From positions 30,423 through 94,422 of the forward strand of contig JAIPIH010000004.1 in the NCBI GenBank assembly GCA_021734835.1: 64,000 nt of DNA, written 5' to 3'. Of the stretch, positions 41,807 to 50,967 are shown in pieces. Origin of the DNA: Candidatus Cloacimonadota bacterium (GTDB lineage Bacteria; Cloacimonadota; Cloacimonadia; Cloacimonadales; TCS61). Under the pieces are notes generated by a model that was not told the DNA's origin, ran no database searches, and saw only the letters and a program-made list of their open reading frames with translations. The first letter of the stretch is position 1; each line of letters opens with the position of its first letter. Made by a program: the position numbers and the translations under genes.

Positions 41807-43029
41807 AATTATATCATATAACTGCAGTTTTGTTTATTATAGTATTAGTATTAACCTTTGTTTTAACAAAACCAGATCCTGTTATAAGGATAGATACGGC
41901 AGATGAGTTGGAAGAACTTTTCTCTACTCCTCAGCAAAATATCAAAGTTATACTGGCCAGTGGGCTGTATGACCTCTCTCCGGAAACAATTATTGATTCA
42001 ACCTGCGGAAATTGTGAAGAATCCGATACTTTGATAACAGCCACAGCAGGATTAATAATTTCCGGTAAAGAAATTTATATCACTGGACCTGAAGACAGAT
42101 CCGCCGTTATTAAAACTAATTCTGGATATGGATTATATATCTTAAATTGCGATAATTGCCTTTTGGAAAATCTTACTATCACTGGTGGTACCAGAGACAG
42201 CAGCGCTTTTGCAACTGATGCTGCAATTGTAGTGAAAAAGAGTAAAGTAAAGATCCGCAATAACAAAATATCCCGTAATTATGGTGATCTGGATCTGATC
42301 AAAAAGAATATTGTAGGAATAATCGGCATCTGCGGAAGAGAGAATTCTGAACTCCGCATATATAATAATTTGATAACAAAAAATTCCTGGGACGGTATAG
42401 CCCTTTATAGAGATTCTTATGCAGTTATTGAAGAAAACATAATCGATGGTGTGCATAAAGCAAGCAGTCGAACAGCTCAGGGCGGTAGAGGAGTTGGAAT
42501 TGGATTAACCTGGAATGCCAAAGCTGTAATCAAAAATAATTTAGTAAAACGTTATTGGAAGGGAATTGGTTTATTTGTGAATGCTGAAGCTACTGTTGAA
42601 AACAACATTATTGAAGATATTATCACTTGGGGTCTTTCTTTATGGAATGCGGAAAAAGGTAATCCAAAAGGTTTTATTAAAAACAATATAATCTATAAAA
42701 CAGGTGCGATGGGGTGTTCCATCACTTCAGCAACTGAGGATAATCCCGGTTATTTTACTGATAATATAATCGTCCAAACTGCTCAGGATTCTGCCTATGA
42801 CTCACCCGATTACTACGGTTTCCAATGTGCTTTGGCACAGCATTTAATACCTGCCGGTTTCAAAATTGATAATAATATTTTTTATAATAACCGTCACTTC
42901 GACCCACGCTTTTCAAATAATGATTGGGACCTTACTGATTTTGAGAACGAATTGAAAGTAAACAGAGAAAGGATCAACAGGATCATGGTCTTAAAGGAAT
43001 CAGACTTTTATCATGATTTTATAGAATAA
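41803..43029 (+). CDS. membrane-anchored right-handed parallel beta-helix repeat protein (NosD-like fold)
   Basis: ATGA overlap with the preceding gene. N-terminal TM AVLFIIVLVLTFVL, and repeated NN(I/L)I rungs (RNNKIS, YNNLIT, EENIID, KNNLVK, ENNIIE, KNNIIY, TDNIIV, DNNIFY). Confidence 0.65.
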   Translation: MKLYHITAVLFIIVLVLTFVLTKPDPVIRIDTADELEELFSTPQQNIKVILASGLYDLSPETIIDSTCGNCEESDTLITATAGLIISGKEIYITGPEDRSAVIKTNSGYGLYILNCDNCLLENLTITGGTRDSSAFATDAAIVVKKSKVKIRNNKISRNYGDLDLIKKNIVGIIGICGRENSELRIYNNLITKNSWDGIALYRDSYAVIEENIIDGVHKASSRTAQGGRGVGIGLTWNAKAVIKNNLVKRYWKGIGLFVNAEATVENNIIEDIITWGLSLWNAEKGNPKGFIKNNIIYKTGAMGCSITSATEDNPGYFTDNIIVQTAQDSAYDSPDYYGFQCALAQHLIPAGFKIDNNIFYNNRHFDPRFSNNDWDLTDFENELKVNRERINRIMVLKESDFYHDFIE

Positions 43030-44341
43030 CTTGAGAAATACTGTTTCTTAAATCACGCAAAGCTCTTTCAGAATACAACTTTTTTCTTAATTTTTTGTCT
43101 CTGACCTTCTCACTTAACATTGGTAATAAACCAAAATTCGCATTCATCGGTTGAAAATTTTTGTTGGGTGTAAGTAAATATCTCCAAAGTTGGCCACTGA
43201 TCGTAGTTTCAGGCAGCAGTTCTTCTATTTTGACGATCTCATCGCTCAGGATATTTGCCACCAATAATCCACTAAAGATGGATTCTACATAACCTTCTAC
43301 TCCTGCAAGTTGACCCGCTATGTAAATATTTGATCTCTTTTTTAAAGACATGTCCTTGTTTAAAATATTAGGTCCATGCAAATATGTATTTCTATGAACA
43401 GAACCAAATCTTAAAAACTCAGCCTTAGCTAATCCGGGGATCAAACGGAAAATTTTCTTCTGTTCATGATATTTCAGCATTGTCTGGCAACCTACGAGAT
43501 TGTATGCAGTTTGATCTTTATTTTCAGCTCTTAATTGAACAACAGCGAACGGCCATTTACCGGTTCGAGGATCATCCAAGCCTACAGGTTTCATCACGCC
43601 ATAACGCAAGGTTTCCTTGCCTCTTCTTGCTAATTCTTCGATAGGAGTGCAATTTTCATAAAAGTTAAAATCTAACTCAGTAAAGAATTTACTTTCGAAT
43701 TCATGAACTTCATGTTTTTCAGCTACATTAACTGCTTTTATGAATTCATAATACTGATCTTTGGAAAGAGGGCAGTTTAGATAATCCGGTTCTCCTCTAT
43801 CGTAACGGGTTTTCCGGTAAACAATCTCGTCGTTAATACTGTCTAAAGTGACGATCGGGGCAATTGCATCAAAAAAATAGAGGAATTCTTCTCCAATGAT
43901 GTCATTTAACTCAGCGGTTATCTCTAGGGTGGTTAGCGGTCCTGTAGCGATGATAGTAAGTTCATCATCCAGCTTTGTAACTTCCTCTCGATGGACATTA
44001 ATATTAGGATGATCATTAATGATCTTTGTTACATTCTTGGCAAATAAGTTTCGATCAACAGCCAGCGCATTTCCGGCTGGGACTTGATATGTTTCTGCTA
44101 TCGGAAGTAGTTTACAGCCTAAAAGTTCCATTTCAGCTTTTAACAAACCGGAAGCAGTAGTTAATAATTTACTTTTTAGGGAGTTGCTACAGACAATTTC
44201 TGCAAAACTGGCTGTTTGATGCACTTCGGTTTGTTTAGCAGGTCTCATTTCAAAAAGTTCAACCTGCCAATTTTTTGCAGCCAGTTGAAGAGCCGCTTCA
44301 GATCCGGCTAAACCACCACCAATAATATTTATTTTTTTCAT
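43019..44341 (-). CDS. trmFO: methylenetetrahydrofolate--tRNA-(uracil54-C5)-methyltransferase
   Basis: FAD motif IIGGGLAGSEAA, NSLKS, and TrmFO-type length and C-terminus. Confidence 0.9.
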   Translation of the reverse strand: MKKINIIGGGLAGSEAALQLAAKNWQVELFEMRPAKQTEVHQTASFAEIVCSNSLKSKLLTTASGLLKAEMELLGCKLLPIAETYQVPAGNALAVDRNLFAKNVTKIINDHPNINVHREEVTKLDDELTIIATGPLTTLEITAELNDIIGEEFLYFFDAIAPIVTLDSINDEIVYRKTRYDRGEPDYLNCPLSKDQYYEFIKAVNVAEKHEVHEFESKFFTELDFNFYENCTPIEELARRGKETLRYGVMKPVGLDDPRTGKWPFAVVQLRAENKDQTAYNLVGCQTMLKYHEQKKIFRLIPGLAKAEFLRFGSVHRNTYLHGPNILNKDMSLKKRSNIYIAGQLAGVEGYVESIFSGLLVANILSDEIVKIEELLPETTISGQLWRYLLTPNKNFQPMNANFGLLPMLSEKVRDKKLRKKLYSERALRDLRNSISQVIL

Positions 44342-44414
44342 TAATTTAGAATAAAAAGCTATGAATTCAGAGGTTGAAACAAACCAATTAATGTTTCACG
44401 TTAGACGATTTTTT

Positions 44415-45098
44415 TTAACTATCCCAGTTTATTTCGATGGCATAATTTATCGGATCTTTCATTCCCGCTTTCTGGAAAGCGCTGATACGTAATACACAAC
44501 TATCACATCTACCACAGGCAATATCATTATTCTTGTAACAGCTCCAGCTAAATTCCAATGGTGCTCCCAATTTAGCTCCCAGCTTTATTATCTCAGCTTT
44601 ACTCTTGTGAATGATAGGAGTTATCAGTTTTATTTTAGTTTCATCTTTAGTACCGAGGTCTATTGCTTTTTCCAAAGCAGAATAGAAACTTTCACGACAA
44701 TCGGGATATCCGGAACTATCTTCCTCCACTGCTCCGATATAGATCCTGTCAGCTTCGAGAGTCTCTGCCCAACTAGTTCCAATCGTAACGAGATGAGCGT
44801 TTCGAAAGGGCACATATGAATTGGGTACCTCTTGCGTACCATCATGATCTCTCACTTGCAGATTGTCATCCGTTAGACTTGAACCGCCAATCTCTTTTAA
44901 ATAACTAATATCTGCAACCAGGATATCTTTCGGTTTAAAATAATTGCACATTTTACGGAAAGATCTCATTTCTCTGTCTTCCGTTTTTTGGCCATAATTT
45001 AAATGCAGAAAATACAGTTCATCGCAATCTTTTTGGGCAATTGCTGCTGTAACTAAACTATCCATCCCACCACTTAAAAGTACTATTCCTTTTATCAT
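44415..45098 (-). CDS. queC: 7-cyano-7-deazaguanine synthase
   Basis: PP-loop LLSGGMDS and the C-terminal Zn cluster CGRCDSCVLR. Confidence 0.9.
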   Translation of the reverse strand: MIKGIVLLSGGMDSLVTAAIAQKDCDELYFLHLNYGQKTEDREMRSFRKMCNYFKPKDILVADISYLKEIGGSSLTDDNLQVRDHDGTQEVPNSYVPFRNAHLVTIGTSWAETLEADRIYIGAVEEDSSGYPDCRESFYSALEKAIDLGTKDETKIKLITPIIHKSKAEIIKLGAKLGAPLEFSWSCYKNNDIACGRCDSCVLRISAFQKAGMKDPINYAIEINWDS

Positions 45099-45137
45099 AG
45101 ATCTTCCTTATTTATTTATCTAAGTTACTTTTTTTAT

Positions 45138-46613
45138 TCATAATTTTTTAGTAAAGTTAATTTCTTTTTTTAATTTCTCAGCTGCTTCCCTGATACTTAG
45201 CGGATCAACAAATAATGTTTTTTGCTCAGTATAAACCACATAGCCTGGCGCGCTGCCTCTCGGTTTACGAACAAACCGAATTTGCGTGTGATCAACCGGA
45301 ACGTTCGATGACTTTTTTGCTTTACTGTAATAAGCAGCAAGCTGGGAACAAATAAATTTTAATTTCTTGGGAAGTTCCTTCCTGTTATAGTTCCGCAAAA
45401 TGACATGAGTTCCCCGAAAAACCCGGGTATGAAACCACCAGTCATGCGGTTTTGCAAAACGGGTTGTGAGTTCGTCGTTTTCTTTGCTGGTACGTCCAAT
45501 AAATATTTCCCAATCTGGATACACACTGATCTTTTTATAACCCGTTTTGGCTTGTTTAACACTTTGGTGTTTTTTTTGTTTGATAAAAAGATCATCTTTT
45601 TCCCGTAATTCAAAAATATCTTTTTCCAGCAGCTCTATCTCTTTTTCCGCAATTTTTATCTGCTTTTTTATCTCCGTTTTTCCATCTCTCGCTTTATGAT
45701 ATTTTTTAAAATAATATTCAATATTCTGTTTAGCATTTTTTTCCGGATTTAGTTCAATTTCCAGCTCGGGATAATCAGTTTCGTAATAATTAAGTAGGAC
45801 TATGGAACTCATCCCTTTTTTTAGAGCTGCAAAGTTAGCTTTTAACAACTCTGCCCTCTGTTTCCATTCCACTTCCTTTTTTGCTGTATCAAGTTCTGTT
45901 TTTTGTTTTAGGATTTTTTTTTGTAATTTTTTTGTTTTATTTCTCTTTGCTTTTATCATGTCATTTCTGATCTTTTCGTTTCTGGCTTTCAATATCCAGT
46001 TATAATATAATTCTTCCAATAGGTCATTTATTGAATTGAGTGTTACCAAGTTTTCCGAATTTTCTTTGATCTGCCCTTTGGAAGCAATATTTAACGGAAA
46101 GATGATCTCTGATTTTTCGTTATTAAAATTTGTTTCAGGTTTTGTATATTCAAGACCCGGCAGGATCTGCCTTTGCTTATTTTCTGCAAAGCTAACTTTC
46201 CTGATACAATCCAATATCATTAGTTTCGACTTCTCTTTTCTTGTTAATATTATATTTTGATAACGCGGGATCAATTCAACTATCATTTTATATACTTGTT
46301 TGTTATTATAAATATCAACTTTGTTGAAATTTACATAAATGATTCGATCAGACTCTGAAATCGTAAATGCTATCAGTTCCGCTCTTATGAGATGATCATT
46401 GAAAATGGCAAGTTCGTTGCTTGGGGTAAAAGGTAAGGTTCGGTTTTGGGTAAAAAAAACAAAACAATCCTGGGATGACAGATTTAGCTGTAAAATTTCG
46501 GTATGTTTATCAAATTCTATGCTGTACTGATCTTCATATTTACTAATCCCCCTAAAAACCAAGCCTTTATGCTTATCTTCCTTTGTCCATCCCGCTAAAT
46601 ATTTATATTGCAT
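45138..46613 (-). CDS. NFACT-family (RqcH/FbpA-like) protein
   Basis: Lys-rich coiled-coil middle region, and a C-terminal NFACT-R/DUF814 motif HDWWFHTRVFRGTHVILRN. Confidence 0.7.
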   Translation of the reverse strand: MQYKYLAGWTKEDKHKGLVFRGISKYEDQYSIEFDKHTEILQLNLSSQDCFVFFTQNRTLPFTPSNELAIFNDHLIRAELIAFTISESDRIIYVNFNKVDIYNNKQVYKMIVELIPRYQNIILTRKEKSKLMILDCIRKVSFAENKQRQILPGLEYTKPETNFNNEKSEIIFPLNIASKGQIKENSENLVTLNSINDLLEELYYNWILKARNEKIRNDMIKAKRNKTKKLQKKILKQKTELDTAKKEVEWKQRAELLKANFAALKKGMSSIVLLNYYETDYPELEIELNPEKNAKQNIEYYFKKYHKARDGKTEIKKQIKIAEKEIELLEKDIFELREKDDLFIKQKKHQSVKQAKTGYKKISVYPDWEIFIGRTSKENDELTTRFAKPHDWWFHTRVFRGTHVILRNYNRKELPKKLKFICSQLAAYYSKAKKSSNVPVDHTQIRFVRKPRGSAPGYVVYTEQKTLFVDPLSIREAAEKLKKEINFTKKL

Positions 46614-46769
46614 ATCATCTCCACTATTATCAATTTACAGGAAATTATTCGATTTGAATCTGTCCATAAAAAGTACTTGAGTAGGACTAGTTTTATTTTA
46701 GCTTCTTATAATTCTTGACATTAGATTGCTAAAAACAGAGTTTAAGTTAAATCTAATTTGGAGGATACA

Positions 46770-48884
46770 ATGAAAAAGAAAATTATTTTATTGATATCAT
46801 TAATAATTATTTCGACAAGCTCCATTGCAATCGAATCAGTTGCTTATCCACTTAAGATTATGGGTAGTGTAGATCTGACCAGAAATCTTGAAAGTTCTGC
46901 TCTCAAGATTGGAGATCAGCTATATAACGGCGATGAGGTAGAAACAAAACCTGAATCTTATGCAGCAATTCAATTTCAGGATGAAAGTTCCTTGGTAAAA
47001 CTTTTCCCCAATACAATTCTCAACATTCGATCAGAAAAAGAAGGAGAAAAATATAATAAAAAAAGTTTACTTAAATTAGGTGAACTTTGGGCAAAAGTAG
47101 AAAAGGGAAGGGGTACATTTGAAATTGAAACACCTACAACTGTAGCTTCCGTTAAGGGTACAAACTTCTTATTGAACGTTGCAGAAGATGGAACTACAGA
47201 GCTGTTTACCTTTGAAGGCGAAGTACTCTTCCAAAATATTATAACCGGCGAATCCGCATCAGTTTCAGCCGGAGAGAGAGGAATCATTTCAGGCGAAGAG
47301 CCAATTAATATTATGCCAATCAATCCGGATGATATTGATGAAACGCACAGTGACTTTATCAATGAAGAATATGATTCTATCAGAGAAGAGGGTACTCCAA
47401 CTGAACCGGACGAGGAAGAATCTATACCTATATCTCCGGAAGCAGAAGAAATGCCCCAGGAAAGTGGTACAAAATCTTCTGGTGGTCCTATCAATGTGGG
47501 CGGTGGAGTTGGCACGGTTATGGTGGGCAGAGAAACTTACACACAGATCAGATTAATGCCGGAACTTGTGTTCGGAAAATTTGGTTTAGGTCTCGATATT
47601 GACCTGATGATAGACAGTAACGGCGACATCAGAAAAGAAGACTGGAATGATTTTGAGGATTATGTAAATAAAGTGTACTACTTGCGTTATGGCCAACGCG
47701 GCGACACCTTTTATGGAAGACTGGGCGGATTCAAATCCTACACTTTGGGTCATGGCTTGGTTATGAAAGACTATACAAACATGCTGCGTTACCCGGAGTA
47801 TAAACAAATAGGTATTCAACTCGGAGGAAATCTTCCCGTAGCCGGTATAACGGCTGAGTTATTTACTGCCAATGCCTTAAAAAATGAGATCCTGGGCGGT
47901 AGATTGACCATTCAACCGCTTCATAAATCGAGTATCCCGCTTTTAAATAATCTAGTATTTGGCGGAACAGTTGCCCACGACAGAAATCAAGTAAAAGGCT
48001 TGCTTGACTCTGATAATGATAACTTTCCAAATCATTTTGACGATTTCCCGTTTAATGATAGATGGCATAATCTAATTGATCGGGAGATCGATGATTATCA
48101 TGAACTATACTTCTCAACCGTGGAAAATCCTACTGAAGAAGGATTTGAAGAATGGTTTACTAATAATGAATATTTTGTGAATCGAAGGAATCCTTCATTT
48201 GCTGATTTCCAGAAAAATGCAATTACTGTAGTTGGAATTGATTATGAAATTCCCTTTATTCAAAATCCGCTCTTCACATTGAGCCATTATGGAGAAGCTG
48301 CTCAAATTTTAGATCATAAAAGAGGTTTTATCTTCCCGGGTTTTTATTCAAAATTTCTTATATTCCATATGAATCTTGAATATAGAATTTTTCAGGATGA
48401 TTTTATGCCTGCCTTTTTTGATCAATTATACGACGAACAAAGAGCGGTTGTTTACACAGATATAGACAGCGTATTAACAAAAGAATCTCTTTTAAATAAT
48501 ATCTCAAGTTCCCGTGGCTGGTATGGAAGTCTAACCACAAATATCCTGAATTTACTTTATGTTACGGTATCTTACAGTGATATGTATTACAAAGATCGGG
48601 ATAACTCACGCTCCTTATGGGGAAAAGCAAACATCAATACAAGCTTTATCCCTAAACTTACTAAAGCAGAAATTAGATATTCTCAAACCGGTTTTGATAC
48701 ATTGAATCAATTTAAATCTCCAAATGCTGTGATAAATGGTTCGCTGGGATATGCCTTGGGAGGTAGTACTCAGTTAGTTGGAACTTATCAAGAACGCTAT
48801 GTTGATCTTGATAACAACGGAAAGATCAGAGGTGAAAACGAAACTATCACTTCGATGAGCATGGGTGTGGAATTCAGATTTTAG
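46770..48884 (+). CDS. FecR-domain protein fused to a large predicted outer-membrane beta-barrel-like domain
   Basis: ATG 46770 after GGAGGA. Signal peptide, FecR-like fold (GDEVETKPESYAAIQF...TPTTVASVKGTNFLL), an acidic Pro/Glu linker, then a roughly 450-aa Gly/aromatic-rich region ending GVEFRF. Confidence 0.55.
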   Translation: MKKKIILLISLIIISTSSIAIESVAYPLKIMGSVDLTRNLESSALKIGDQLYNGDEVETKPESYAAIQFQDESSLVKLFPNTILNIRSEKEGEKYNKKSLLKLGELWAKVEKGRGTFEIETPTTVASVKGTNFLLNVAEDGTTELFTFEGEVLFQNIITGESASVSAGERGIISGEEPINIMPINPDDIDETHSDFINEEYDSIREEGTPTEPDEEESIPISPEAEEMPQESGTKSSGGPINVGGGVGTVMVGRETYTQIRLMPELVFGKFGLGLDIDLMIDSNGDIRKEDWNDFEDYVNKVYYLRYGQRGDTFYGRLGGFKSYTLGHGLVMKDYTNMLRYPEYKQIGIQLGGNLPVAGITAELFTANALKNEILGGRLTIQPLHKSSIPLLNNLVFGGTVAHDRNQVKGLLDSDNDNFPNHFDDFPFNDRWHNLIDREIDDYHELYFSTVENPTEEGFEEWFTNNEYFVNRRNPSFADFQKNAITVVGIDYEIPFIQNPLFTLSHYGEAAQILDHKRGFIFPGFYSKFLIFHMNLEYRIFQDDFMPAFFDQLYDEQRAVVYTDIDSVLTKESLLNNISSSRGWYGSLTTNILNLLYVTVSYSDMYYKDRDNSRSLWGKANINTSFIPKLTKAEIRYSQTGFDTLNQFKSPNAVINGSLGYALGGSTQLVGTYQERYVDLDNNGKIRGENETITSMSMGVEFRF

Positions 48885-48905
48885 ATCATAACCTATCCTT
48901 CGCTA

Positions 48906-49661
48906 TTGCGAGTGAAACTCCCCAGTTTGTCAGGTGATATTTTGAATAACTTAGTTGATGTTCATTGCCATTTAAGTGAAGAAAATATTTTTTCGGAAGT
49001 TCCGAAAGCGGTCAAAGCAGGAATAACTCGTTTTATCTCTTCAGCACTATGCCAGGAAGAATTTGAATGGCACATGAATACAGATCATTCTGCTATGAAA
49101 TGGTCTGCCGGAATCCATCCAAATTACAAAAAGAGTAAGGAATCAGATTTTCAAACTTTAGTAAAACTATGTGATCAGAAAAAAATAATTGCTCTTGGAG
49201 AAGTTGGTTTAGACAAACGAAACAAAGATTCCACCTGGCAAAAAGCTATTTTGCTTAAACAATTGGATCTGGCGGCAAATTATGATCTTCCGGTAATTTT
49301 TCATGTGGTACATCAATATTACGAGCTGCATAAATTGTTAAAAAATAATTTCCCTAAGATCCGGGGATTCCTGCATGCATTTAGCGCCTCCAAAGAAATA
49401 GCAGAAACTTTTTCTAAATATGATCTGGCTTTTTCAATTGGCTGTAAACACCCTAAACTGAACTGCTTGGAATATATTGCAAAACGTGGTTTTTTGTTAT
49501 TTGAAACTGATGCTCCCTATCAAAAACCACCTGACTCAAAGCAAGAAGAAAATCATCTTATTAATCTGCTCTGGAACGTGAAAACAGTCTCTAAACTACT
49601 TAAAATTCAGGTTGATGATTTGATCGAAATACAAGTTGGGAGCTATAGATCTATTTTCTAA
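48906..49661 (+). CDS. tatD: TatD family metal-dependent hydrolase
   Basis: VDVHCHL, GEVGLD, FHV, HAFS, ETDAPY. The start codon is uncertain. Confidence 0.8.
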   Translation: MRVKLPSLSGDILNNLVDVHCHLSEENIFSEVPKAVKAGITRFISSALCQEEFEWHMNTDHSAMKWSAGIHPNYKKSKESDFQTLVKLCDQKKIIALGEVGLDKRNKDSTWQKAILLKQLDLAANYDLPVIFHVVHQYYELHKLLKNNFPKIRGFLHAFSASKEIAETFSKYDLAFSIGCKHPKLNCLEYIAKRGFLLFETDAPYQKPPDSKQEENHLINLLWNVKTVSKLLKIQVDDLIEIQVGSYRSIF

Positions 49662-49681
49662 AAATTTTAAAGGAATAACAA

Positions 49682-50416
49682 ATGAACCAATTTACTCGAA
49701 CCGAAATGTTGTTTGGTAAAGAAAGTATCAAAATTTTTCAATCCAAGCGCATTGCTGTAATGGGACTTGGTGGAGTCGGTAGTTATACAGCTGAAGCACT
49801 TTCTAGAAGCGGTATTGGACATTTCTTGCTCGTTGATTTTGATAAAGTTAGTCTATCAAATTTAAATAGACAGCTGATAGCACTGTATAGCACTTTAGGT
49901 CAGCTCAAAACAGAAGTTATGAAAGAACGGATCTTAGATATCAATCCCAAAGCGAAAGTAGAGATATATTCTGATTTCTGCGCTCATGAATCGCGCGATG
50001 AATTATTGGAAAATGTGGATTTTGTAGTTGATGCAATAGACAGTCTGGGGCCAAAAGCAGGCCTGCTGGAAAGTTGTTATCGGAAAGAGATCCCCATAAT
50101 CAGTTCAATGGGAGCTGCAAACAGAATTGATCCATCCAAAATCAAATTGGTAGATATTTCTGAAACTAAGATATGTCCTTTAGCAAAAAAAGTTCGTAAA
50201 TATCTGCATCGAAGAGGAATAGAAAAAGGGATCCCAGTAGTTTATTCCTGGGAAAAACCAATCACTCAGTTTGATTACAAAGCTGAAGTAGTAGAGGAAT
50301 TGGTTACTCAAAGAGGCCGCAAACGAAGTACTTTAGGCTCTGTTGTCTATTTACCTGCTATAATGGGATTATGGGCATCAAGTTTTATTTTGCGGAAATT
50401 AGCAGATAAGATTTAA
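49682..50416 (+). CDS. tcdA: tRNA threonylcarbamoyladenosine dehydratase (ThiF/E1-like)
   Basis: Rossmann motif VMGLGGVGSYTAEALSRSGIG, NLNRQ, DAIDS; TcdA/CsdL-like length. Confidence 0.8.
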   Translation: MNQFTRTEMLFGKESIKIFQSKRIAVMGLGGVGSYTAEALSRSGIGHFLLVDFDKVSLSNLNRQLIALYSTLGQLKTEVMKERILDINPKAKVEIYSDFCAHESRDELLENVDFVVDAIDSLGPKAGLLESCYRKEIPIISSMGAANRIDPSKIKLVDISETKICPLAKKVRKYLHRRGIEKGIPVVYSWEKPITQFDYKAEVVEELVTQRGRKRSTLGSVVYLPAIMGLWASSFILRKLADKI

Positions 50417-50579
50417 CTCTTAAAATTCTGAAGAGAAGCGCCTTTGATCATTGTGTTAATCGTTTAGATACATATTTGCTTCATCATCTTCAATCACTAA
50501 TATGCGTTACATTATTTTCTCCCTCTTTGTAAAGTGGTAAAGTAACAATAAAAGTAGTTCCCTCATCAATTTTACTTGG
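50153..50579. repeat. left copy of a long direct repeat (tcdA tail + spacer + deleted RR + HK tail)
   Basis: Aligns by eye with 58361-59094: 13 substitutions, 2 one-base indels, and a 309-bp gap relative to the right copy. Confidence 0.9.
50456..50579 (-). pseudogene. relic of the response-regulator gene (both ends only) plus the last ~20 codons of the histidine kinase
   Basis: Corresponds to 58663-58677 joined to 58987-59094. The RR start region reads ATG TAA instead of ATG CAA, and one extra base sits at the HK-tail edge. Confidence 0.8.
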
Positions 50580-50639
50580 CTGATAATCTTGCTATTCATA
50601 GGAGTTTCTCCAGATTCTTGGGCAGGGCTGAGTCCAAAC

Positions 50640-50917
50640 CACTAACTTTTGTCACTAAGATAAGAAGAGAAACTAACTGAGAAATAAACACCATATCATT
50701 CTGATTAGTGTTAAGGATACAATTTCTGGTAGTACCAAGCTGGTTCCACACAGCAAGCATCTGATAAACGAAAGTGCCCTACTCGTACTGATTGGTCATA
50801 ATGAAGATCTGGAAAGTTAATTTTTTTAAATTGTAAATCCTTTTCATCCTTTTAGATATATCTACGATTTGATGGAAGATTTATATCAAGAATCAGCACA
50901 ATTGAAATAAGTTTTGC
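50640..50917 (-). pseudogene. decayed receiver-domain (response-regulator) fragment
   Basis: Hand translation of the minus strand gives ...AKLISIVLILDINLP, a frameshift, then VDISKRMKRIYNLKKLTFQIFIMTNQYE*. This is the DxxLP / K-R-hK / hhhT pattern of a CheY-like receiver, broken by stops and frameshifts. No ORF of 60 aa or more exists here. Confidence 0.4.
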
Positions 50918-50945
50918 TTGACATTTGGAGATTTTCCTACATATT
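50918..50945 (+). promoter_or_regulatory. possible sigma70-type promoter of the efflux operon
   Basis: TTGACA (50918-50923), a 16-nt spacer, then CATATT (50940-50945). AGGAG RBS at 50954-50958 and ATG at 50968. Confidence 0.3.
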
Positions 50946-50967
50946 GTCCTATCAGGAGAAAAAAATA

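Noticed and set aside
43019-43029. 11-bp convergent overlap of the beta-helix gene and trmFO
   Set aside because: Short convergent 3' overlaps are common in compact genomes, and no additional signal is visible.
50417-50967. Search for a tRNA gene, integrase remnant or IS terminal repeat at the cassette edges (also 57861-58360)
   Set aside because: No tRNA-like T-arm or acceptor pattern is present, and no recombinase-like translation appears in any frame by eye. Only receiver-domain and T9SS-CTD debris was recognised.
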